Part shown: positions 25,554 to 32,148 of the stretch, in pieces
Position numbering within the stretch: position 1 is the stretch's first letter
How the letters are laid out: each line of letters begins with the position of its first letter
Source of the DNA: a virus
Taxonomy: Duplodnaviria; Caudoviricetes
Direction: 5' to 3' (one strand)
Virus record (IMG/VR): IMGVR_UViG_3300010273_000169
Location: 1-33,704 of that record
Length of the DNA stretch: 33,704 bases
Translations under genes and position numbers: made by a program
The notes under the pieces: generated by a model
The model's input: only the letters and a program-made list of their open reading frames with translations
What the model was told of the DNA's origin: nothing
Database searches by the model: none

Positions 25554-26276
25554 TTACGAGATACCCATGACCCCGCCGTTGACGGGCTTGCCCGTAATTG
25601 GGTCAATCTGAGCAGCCGGTTGTGTGTAGTTCGGTTGCTGCGGTGACTGCCCATAGGCCGGCTGGTACTGTGGCTGGTAACCCGGTTGCGTGTACCCTTG
25701 CCCCTGGCCCGGGGAAGGCTGCTGGGCCCACTGTGGAGGCTGGCCAAAGTCATCTTCCGGAGTTGTCCGGTTGCCGAGCGGCTCACCATCGCGCAGTTTC
25801 TGCACGTTGCCGAGGCCACACCCGATTCCCTTCTTACCGCTGTTAGCGTACGGGAAGAAGTCCACGCTCACCCGGCCGTAGCATCCGCTATAAACCTCAG
25901 TCTGATTGATGATGGGGTTGAGCTGAGCATCAACAATCTGCGGCGGGTTCTTTGACGAAGCCGTGAAGACCCAGTGACCCTTGCACTCGGGGCCGAAGGG
26001 CATCCCGTCAGAGGGCCTCGTGCCGTCCCCGTCGTACACCGGAATTCCGAGTACTGGGGGACGAACGCCGTTCCATGTCTTCTTGATCCCGAGTTCGATG
26101 GCGGCATTGATGGCGGCGTCAATCCGTTGTTTTGTCGCCACATCCGACTTTGGGACGAGGACTGTGACCGAGTACTTGGCTTCTGTCTGTCCCGGCCTTG
26201 CGTAAGGCGTGAACAGATGTACGAATGAAAGTCTCACTTCACCTGTGACTACATGTTGCGGGTTCTCTCTTGCCAT
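25554..26276 (-). CDS. DUF2815-family single-stranded DNA-binding protein with Q/P/Y-rich tail
   Basis: VRLSFVHLF, YDGDG, VYSGCYGRVS and GLGNVQKLRDGEPL motifs. Confidence 0.9.
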   Translation of the reverse strand: MARENPQHVVTGEVRLSFVHLFTPYARPGQTEAKYSVTVLVPKSDVATKQRIDAAINAAIELGIKKTWNGVRPPVLGIPVYDGDGTRPSDGMPFGPECKGHWVFTASSKNPPQIVDAQLNPIINQTEVYSGCYGRVSVDFFPYANSGKKGIGCGLGNVQKLRDGEPLGNRTTPEDDFGQPPQWAQQPSPGQGQGYTQPGYQPQYQPAYGQSPQQPNYTQPAAQIDPITGKPVNGGVMGIS

Positions 26277-26294
26277 CTCTCCAATTTCTCCTTT

Positions 26295-27476
26295 CTACTC
26301 TGTTGCCTGGGTGCCAAAATCGCTAACGGCGCCAGGCCTCGTGATAGCCGGACGCTTGTCCGACGCCTGAACGAGCGCGGGTTTACCAGGAGGCGTGGTG
26401 ACGTAGGTCGACACCAGTTCGTTGAATCGAGGCTTGCCAAGCAGTTTCTCTGTGGCGGCCAGGGTTAGGGGTTTGCGTTCGTAAAGCATGGCCTCGTCGA
26501 TGCCGGCGGCTTTGAGCGCCTCGAATGCTGCTTCCATGTCTGTCCACTGCCGGACAGCCCTGCCTTCGACCGCCTTCCATCCCGGTATCTCGTTGCCCTT
26601 GAGGCATTCCGCGAGCGCGTACTGCTTGAGGTCGTCCAGCCAAGCCGCCAGGCCTTCAGCACGCTTGAGGACTTCGCCCACCTCCTGGTTGGAGATGAGG
26701 GGAGGCTTTATCTGGCCGAAGTCTTCCAGGGCCATGTAGAAGTCAGTACGAGCGCGGCAGGTCGATTTGGCGCGGCAGAACCTGCAGTGGTCACCTGCAA
26801 CGTACTCGCCTTCGCCATTCCAGGCCAACTGAGCGCGGGGTTTGACGTATGTCTTGCCCCAGTCACGTAGGTCGAACGCGGAAATCCCCCACTCAGAGAT
26901 AGTATCCAGGCGCGGCTGCACGATTGCCATTTTGACTGCCGTGATATCGTACAGCATGGAGTACTTGGCCAAGGCCCCGAGCGCGTAGAGCATCATCTGT
27001 GGATTTTGCTCGGCTGATACCGGTACGCCCTTGCCGTACTTGTAGTCGATGACGTGTAGGGTTGTCCCGCCGATGATGATGCAGTCAGCGGTGCCGAAAC
27101 CTTCGGGCACATACTCTGCCAGGTCTAGCCGGACCTCGATTGCCGTGTACGGTGAAGTGTCGTAGGCCATGTATATCTGCTTGGCGTAATCCAGGTACGT
27201 TTCAGCATGTCGGAGCACTTCATCTTGGTACAGTTCGTGCCCCCGCAGCTTCTTGAGACGGTTGTTGAAACTGCGCTGACTCATCGGTTCAACGAAGTAC
27301 TTCCGCATTACTAGAGCGGCTACTTCATGGGCCAGAGTGCCCTCTTCGGCGTAAGTACTCGGGGTCTCGGGCAGCGTAGCCTCAAGACGCGCAGACGGCG
27401 TACAGACCAACCACCTGTGCGCGGCGCTGGCCGCTAGAATGGCGTGGGTCGCCCGGTCGGCGGTGGGAACACTCAT
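26295..27476 (-). CDS. DUF2800 / Cas4-like PD-(D/E)xK nuclease
   Basis: HAILAASAAHRWLVC, GFGTADC..VIDYKYGKG, NPQMMLYALG, HCRFCRAKSTC. Confidence 0.92.
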   Translation of the reverse strand: MSVPTADRATHAILAASAAHRWLVCTPSARLEATLPETPSTYAEEGTLAHEVAALVMRKYFVEPMSQRSFNNRLKKLRGHELYQDEVLRHAETYLDYAKQIYMAYDTSPYTAIEVRLDLAEYVPEGFGTADCIIIGGTTLHVIDYKYGKGVPVSAEQNPQMMLYALGALAKYSMLYDITAVKMAIVQPRLDTISEWGISAFDLRDWGKTYVKPRAQLAWNGEGEYVAGDHCRFCRAKSTCRARTDFYMALEDFGQIKPPLISNQEVGEVLKRAEGLAAWLDDLKQYALAECLKGNEIPGWKAVEGRAVRQWTDMEAAFEALKAAGIDEAMLYERKPLTLAATEKLLGKPRFNELVSTYVTTPPGKPALVQASDKRPAITRPGAVSDFGTQATE

Positions 27477-28531
27477 GCCAGCTCACCTCCGCACAGGGGC
27501 TCGGGAGAGAACACTGTCGCCAGCACATCACTGAGAGAACCCTGTAGCCCCATGTAAAGGTGTGGGCCGGATACTGAGTCGACTACCTGTTTCAGATAGC
27601 GGTACTGGAGAAGGCGACTTCCGTTCGGCTGGTTATTTGAGGGCGACAGAGGCATGACTAACATGAGGTTGCCTGTCGTGATCACGCCGCCAGGACGCCT
27701 CTTGCTATCGACAAACAGGGTTTTCTCCAGGTTCTCGTACGCGTTCTTCGCACTCAGTTCCAGTGATCCGGAACCGGTGATCACGTTTATGGCATCCTCA
27801 GCATCGCGTATCCGGACGGACTTGGTTTCAGGGTCAAGGTAAGGAGCCAGAGTCTTGACTGCCTTGCGTAGTTCCTTGGTGCCGAGAACGTAAACAGATT
27901 CCAGGCGTTTGGGCATCACATTGTCTGTCGCGTAGTACTTGCCGTCAGTCAGTCTAACGATGACCGAGAGATGACCGGTTTCTAAGGACATGTGGTTTCC
28001 GCTTACGGACATGGTTATTCCTTCGGCATTCTTGTCCAGGAGGAGCGTTCTTATGGCCTTAGCCGGCACGATATACTCGCCTTCCGGTAGCCCGGCAGGC
28101 GCGTGTACTACGTGACGGCAGAGGGCGCATTGATCGGTGGCGATTAACTCCATTGTCCGATCGGGTCCTATCCGAAAACATATGGCGCCCCATAGGGGCC
28201 TTGCGGGATTGTCAACTACAAAGTTGAGGAGCGCCTTGAACTCCTCTCTCGGGAACACGATGGGGTCACCGACAGCGGCGCTTTCCAGTATCGGGACTGA
28301 AGGCATGTCGTCCAGCGACCGTCCAGCCTCATCGGGATAGCGCTCCAAATTCGGGCCTACCTGTCTGTATACGCCATCCGGAAGATCGGTCGGCACGACT
28401 GCGTAGACATCCAGGTCTGTCACCATGGCCTGTCCGTTCTTGACAGCCATATCTTTCAGGGTGTGTGGCGATGGCCTCCGGGGCCGAACCGTCTTGTACA
28501 CGGACAGGAGATTCACAGGTCTGCTGCTCAT
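27473..28531 (-). CDS. Divergent DNA polymerase III beta-clamp-like protein
   Basis: 352 aa; LIATDQCAL resembles DnaN VATDGHRL, IVPAKAI resembles IVPxKxL, VRLTDGKYYATDNVMP resembles SRLIDGKFPDYRRVIP. Confidence 0.6.
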   Translation of the reverse strand: MSSRPVNLLSVYKTVRPRRPSPHTLKDMAVKNGQAMVTDLDVYAVVPTDLPDGVYRQVGPNLERYPDEAGRSLDDMPSVPILESAAVGDPIVFPREEFKALLNFVVDNPARPLWGAICFRIGPDRTMELIATDQCALCRHVVHAPAGLPEGEYIVPAKAIRTLLLDKNAEGITMSVSGNHMSLETGHLSVIVRLTDGKYYATDNVMPKRLESVYVLGTKELRKAVKTLAPYLDPETKSVRIRDAEDAINVITGSGSLELSAKNAYENLEKTLFVDSKRRPGGVITTGNLMLVMPLSPSNNQPNGSRLLQYRYLKQVVDSVSGPHLYMGLQGSLSDVLATVFSPEPLCGGELA

Positions 28532-28923
28532 ATCTTCGCCCCCAATTGGCGAAGAGCTGTGGCAAACTCGCCGTAACGCTCTTTAGGCAGCTGGGTAAGC
28601 GCCTGCACTCCGAAGGAGTTCAACAGGTTGACAATTTCTTGTCTCTTCCCACCGTCGATGAGCGGTGTGGCTGCGACGGCTAACCGCTCCAGGGTGTATG
28701 TAGGAGCAGATGTTGGAACGGTAGCCGGAGGCTGCTTGGTAGGCTGCTGTACGGGGGTCTGTCCGACTGGCATGGCAGCTGTGGTCGGCTGTGCCACAGG
28801 GGTAGTAGTCGGTGAACTTGCTTGTTGAGACATAGGAGCGGCGCTGTTAAGCGCGGCTATAAGGTCCCTGATGGCCGCGAGAAGGTCGCCGGCGTCAAGT
28901 TTGACGGTAATCTCGGTACTCAC
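28528..28923 (-). CDS. Conserved phage protein of the DUF2800/DUF2815 module (Pro/Thr linker, C-terminal helical domain)
   Basis: GTG start after GAGGAGG; YTLERL..LLNSFGVQALTQLPKERY motif. Confidence 0.75.
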   Translation of the reverse strand: MSTEITVKLDAGDLLAAIRDLIAALNSAAPMSQQASSPTTTPVAQPTTAAMPVGQTPVQQPTKQPPATVPTSAPTYTLERLAVAATPLIDGGKRQEIVNLLNSFGVQALTQLPKERYGEFATALRQLGAKI

Positions 28924-28954
28924 GTTTTCATCCTCCTCTGGTCTCTCTGTGGCC

Positions 28955-29194
28955 TTACTCAGACTCTTTGTCTGGGAGCACGTAGGGAGTGGGCAGGTCG
29001 TCTCTCCTTGCCCGTACCCAACACACAGGTCCCATACCACGCTCCATGCTTTTGTGGTCTTTGAGTGCCCTACCACATCGGCAACACTTGTTGGTTTGGT
29101 TCCCGCTTGATACACTGTCCTCGGATGTTGTTTCTGTGCGCTGTTCCTGACGCCGCATACGCAGGGGCAGCGCGTTTTGTTCGAGTCTGCTCAA
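28955..29194 (-). CDS. DUF6011-like zinc-finger protein
   Basis: CCRCGRALKDHKSMERGMGPVC; TTG start after AAAGGAGGTG. Confidence 0.75.
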   Translation of the reverse strand: MSRLEQNALPLRMRRQEQRTETTSEDSVSSGNQTNKCCRCGRALKDHKSMERGMGPVCWVRARRDDLPTPYVLPDKESE

Positions 29195-29211
29195 CTTGGT
29201 CTCACCTCCTT

Positions 29212-29553
29212 TCACCGCAAGTGCCTGATTGCCCGGTAGACGAAGTATGCAACAGCGCCCCACCAGGTGAGGGCAAGAGATGCCACAGCCACAGTGAGCC
29301 AGGTGTCCATCTCCTGGCTTATCCGGCGCATGGCACGAAGGTGCTTCAACACCGGTTCCTGATCCCTTGCGGTCTTGTACGCAGCCTTCGAGGCGGCAAT
29401 GGAAGCATTCAGGTAGTCTTCAGCCGCGCTGAGGTTGAATACCGTGTCGTCGACCTGTGGCCCCGTTGCCTCATTGAACTGGTTATTGGCAATCTCCGCC
29501 CAGCGCTTCGCGAAAGACAGTCTATCCGTAGCATTAAGGTTTGCCTGAGTCAT
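29212..29553 (-). CDS. Hypothetical protein with C-terminal transmembrane helix
   Basis: TAATG-coupled to the upstream ORF; WLTVAVASLALTWWGAVAYFVY segment. Confidence 0.7.
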   Translation of the reverse strand: MTQANLNATDRLSFAKRWAEIANNQFNEATGPQVDDTVFNLSAAEDYLNASIAASKAAYKTARDQEPVLKHLRAMRRISQEMDTWLTVAVASLALTWWGAVAYFVYRAIRHLR

Positions 29554-29759
29554 TATGCTGTCGCCTCCGTTGCTGCGGCCTCAGCCCTGGCGGCTTCTTC
29601 CTGCTGCCAGCGCTCGAAGTCTGCCTGTACCGCCGGGTCTTCGAAGTACTTCCGGACACCTTTGATCGCCAGGCGAGTGAGCCTGTCCAGCTGGTAACCG
29701 GGAATCGACTGCGGGTTTATCGGGGCATTGGTGACGATGGTCGCCCGATGAGATTTCAT
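29553..29759 (-). CDS. Hypothetical early phage protein (68 aa)
   Basis: ATG 29759 after GGAGAGGAG; VRKYFEDPAVQADFERWQ motif seen in Firmicutes prophage early genes. Confidence 0.7.
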   Translation of the reverse strand: MKSHRATIVTNAPINPQSIPGYQLDRLTRLAIKGVRKYFEDPAVQADFERWQQEEAARAEAAATEATA

Positions 29760-29851
29760 CCGGATTCTCCTCTCCAAAATCACGTCTGGCTTTGTGTCTA
29801 GGGATCTCTCCACTTCCCGTCGAAACCCGTGAGTGGGCGTCGACTGAGGGG

Positions 29852-30103
29852 ATGGTTGTCTTGGGTGATCTGAACCTTCGTTCGCTGTTCGGTGATGATG
29901 TCACTGAGTATAAGTGTCCGAATTGTGGTCATCAGGTCCGCTTCAAGACTCTGGATGCTCTTGAACACGGCGTGAAAGTTGATTGTCCGGGTTGCGGCCA
30001 GACCATCAACATTGAGCCGGAAGCAGAGGCGGGCCAGAGTCTGAGGCAAGCCAATAAGGCTTTGAGGGACTTCGAGAAGACTGTCAAGCGTTTCGGTAAG
30101 TAG
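29852..30103 (+). CDS. Small zinc-ribbon protein, antisense to the early operon
   Basis: CPNC...CPGC pairs plus basic C-terminal helix; GAGGGG RBS-like sequence (start ATG 29852 or TTG 29861); stop converges with the 30107 ORF. Confidence 0.7.
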   Translation: MVVLGDLNLRSLFGDDVTEYKCPNCGHQVRFKTLDALEHGVKVDCPGCGQTINIEPEAEAGQSLRQANKALRDFEKTVKRFGK

Positions 30104-30106
30104 TCG

Positions 30107-30508
30107 TTAGTGAGAACATGTCGACGCCCGTTTCTCCAGATGTTCAGCCTCCCGCGCTATCTCCTTTACACGAGCGCTGAGACGGTCCAGCTTGGTTTCG
30201 AACTCGGAGGTATCGGCGTCAATCTTGACGGTGATGGCAGAGCCTTGCTTGGGCGGCTGAGGCTGTGCCTTGCGCCGCTCTAGCATCCCGTCTAGGTACA
30301 TTACTTTGTCCTTGTACGCTACCGTCTTGTCATCTGCACCGGAGGTAAGCGAGAACGTTGTTATCTCGGGAAACTCCTTGATGATCATCAGCTGGGCTTC
30401 AACGGCCAGTTTCGCTTCAGCCGGAGCAAGGTGTAATGCTTGCCTACCCAGTTTGATGACTTCGCTCGCCAGCAGTTCATAGACAGTCGTGTCAGTCTGG
30501 AACTTCAC
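30107..30508 (-). CDS. Hypothetical early protein
   Basis: GTG start after AGAAAGGAAGG; 133 aa with C-terminal ITVKIDADTSEF plus coiled coil. Confidence 0.65.
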   Translation of the reverse strand: MKFQTDTTVYELLASEVIKLGRQALHLAPAEAKLAVEAQLMIIKEFPEITTFSLTSGADDKTVAYKDKVMYLDGMLERRKAQPQPPKQGSAITVKIDADTSEFETKLDRLSARVKEIAREAEHLEKRASTCSH

Positions 30509-30549
30509 TTACAACCCTTCCTTTCTTGGTTGGCAGTCAGTTCTGTCGC

Positions 30550-30568
30550 TATGCGGTTGTCAAAGACC
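30550..30568 (-). promoter_or_regulatory. boxA-like antitermination element downstream of cro
   Basis: GGTCTTTGACAACCGCATA resembles the Firmicutes rrn boxA pattern TCTTTGAAAAC. Confidence 0.45.
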
Positions 30569-30581
30569 AAGAGAGCGCCTG

Positions 30582-30797
30582 TTACTGGGATTGCGCGTCG
30601 GATACTGATTCGGGATTCAGTAGGTCGTCAATGGTGCAGTTCAGAATCCTTGCGAGTTCGGGCAGTTTGTCAGCGCGCGGAAGCCGTTCGCCGGTCTCCC
30701 ACATACCCACGGTTGACTGCCCAACACCTAGTTTTTGTCCTAACTGCTCCTGGGTCAGTCCGGCCTTTTCTCTTAACCGCTTCAACTGAGCCTTCAC
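30582..30797 (-). CDS. cro: Cro-like XRE HTH regulator
   Basis: GTG after GGGAGGTG; LKRLREKAGLTQEQLGQKLGVGQSTVGMWETG; divergent from the repressor. Confidence 0.9.
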   Translation of the reverse strand: MKAQLKRLREKAGLTQEQLGQKLGVGQSTVGMWETGERLPRADKLPELARILNCTIDDLLNPESVSDAQSQ

Positions 30798-30814
30798 AAC
30801 TTCACCTCCCGTAA

Positions 30815-30912
30815 TCACTAACTGTGTTCATAATAGCGACCGATATAGGTCTTGTCAACACTAAATGTGAGTATTTTGTATTGAGATCTTGTCTGTTATC
30901 ACAGGAGGTGAT
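30815..30912. promoter_or_regulatory. Genetic switch: lytic promoter plus three WCAC-N5-GTGW operators
   Basis: Minus-strand TTGACA (30858-30853)-N17-TATTAT (30835-30830). Operators TCACtaactGTGT 30815-27, ACACtaaatGTGA 30858-70 and ATCACaggagGTGAT 30898-912. Confidence 0.75.
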
Positions 30913-30915
30913 TCA

Positions 30916-31533
30916 ATGAGCGCAGGTGGTGATTGGTTGTTCAGCCTCGTTCTGAAACAGCTAAGAGAAGAAAAAGGGTTGTCCCAGTACAAATTAGCTG
31001 AACTTCTTGGCGTGGCTCAGTCCACAGTAGGTATGTGGGAGAGCGGTAAGCGAGAACCGGATTTCGCCATGGTCAAGAGGCTCGCGGACTTCTTTTCAGT
31101 TTCTACGGACTACCTCCTAGACCGCCCCGCCAAATCAAAAGGTGTCCCGATCCCTGTTCTTGGTAGAGTCCCGGCCGGCATTCCCATTGAGGCTGTGCAA
31201 GAAATCCTCGATTACGAAGAGATCACTCCGGAAATGGCCTCCCAGGGTGAGTTTTTCGCTCTTCAGATTAGAGGAGACAGTATGGCTCCTCGCATCCGCG
31301 AAGGTGACGTTGTCATTGTTCGTAAGCAGAATTGGGTTGATAACGGCGACGTTGCGGTTGTGCTGGTAAACGGGGAAGATGCCACAGTGAAGCGGTTCTA
31401 CCAGTCCGAACAAGGAGTCAAATTGGTATCGGCGAATCCTGCGTATGAGCCTTTGTTCTACACTGCCTCCGAAGTAAAGAGTCTTCCTGTGGTCATTATC
31501 GGCAAAGTCGTGGAGTTGAGAGGGAAGTTGTGA
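30916..31533 (+). CDS. cI: CI/LexA-like repressor (HTH plus S24 autopeptidase)
   Basis: XRE HTH; cleavage site VPAG; catalytic GDSM Ser and ATVKR Lys; start ATG 30916 or TTG 30937. Confidence 0.95.
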   Translation: MSAGGDWLFSLVLKQLREEKGLSQYKLAELLGVAQSTVGMWESGKREPDFAMVKRLADFFSVSTDYLLDRPAKSKGVPIPVLGRVPAGIPIEAVQEILDYEEITPEMASQGEFFALQIRGDSMAPRIREGDVVIVRKQNWVDNGDVAVVLVNGEDATVKRFYQSEQGVKLVSANPAYEPLFYTASEVKSLPVVIIGKVVELRGKL

Positions 31534-31557
31534 TGCGCTCAGCAGGGAGGTAATGAA

Positions 31558-32148
31558 ATGTACTGCCCCAATTGTGGAAAGGAAGTCACCGGCAAATTTT
31601 GTTCGGAATGCGGCACGCCCGTTGGTTCATCGCCCCAAGTCACTGCACAGTCACCTAGCATAACGGAAGATACTTCTATCGTCATTAATGACCAGCGCAT
31701 AGATCTACAGGCTCTTGTAAACATGCACGGGAAAAACCGAATAGCTGCTGTCAAAGAGGTTCGCGCTCTCACGGGATTGGGGCTGGGCGAAGCCAAAGAT
31801 GTTGTCGATAGCGCTTACGCGATGTTCGCCCCGGCCGAGAAGTCATCCGGTGGTTTTTGGGCAAAAGTCAAAGAGAACGCCGAGGCCAAGCGGGTAGCGG
31901 AACAGGCTGAAGCTTTGCGGGAGGCCCAGCGCCTTCAACAACTCGAACGAGACGGTATTCCTTACTGTCCTAAGTGCCACTCCACGAGTCTATCAGCGCA
32001 TAAGAAAGGTTTCGGATTCGGAAAGGCCGTAGTAGGTGTATTAGTGGCGGGCCCCATCGGTCTTGCCGCCGGGGGCTTGGGCTCTGGTAAGGTTAAAGTA
32101 ACCTGCCTTAAGTGCGGACATCAGTTCATGGCCGGCAAAGGTAAATGA
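31558..32148 (+). CDS. Zn-ribbon + ribosomal L7/L12-CTD-like + membrane-hairpin Zn-finger protein
   Basis: MYCPNCG..FCSECG; RIAAVKEVRALTGLGLGEAKDVVD; CPKCHS..GFGFGKAVVGVLVAGPIGLAAGGLG..CLKCG. Confidence 0.8.
   Translation: MYCPNCGKEVTGKFCSECGTPVGSSPQVTAQSPSITEDTSIVINDQRIDLQALVNMHGKNRIAAVKEVRALTGLGLGEAKDVVDSAYAMFAPAEKSSGGFWAKVKENAEAKRVAEQAEALREAQRLQQLERDGIPYCPKCHSTSLSAHKKGFGFGKAVVGVLVAGPIGLAAGGLGSGKVKVTCLKCGHQFMAGKGK

Noticed and set aside
26295-27476. Cas4-like gene as part of a CRISPR adaptation module linked to the solitary repeat
   Set aside because: DUF2800 is a standard member of the DUF2800-DUF2815-PolA phage replication module; there is no cas1 or cas2 and it lies 12 kb away.
3634-29697. 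Many long + strand ORFs (e.g. 3705..4442, 10868..11692, 14109..14756, 22787..23431, 29065..29697)
   Set aside because: Antisense shadows of well-supported minus-strand genes in GC-rich DNA, without RBS or recognisable motifs.
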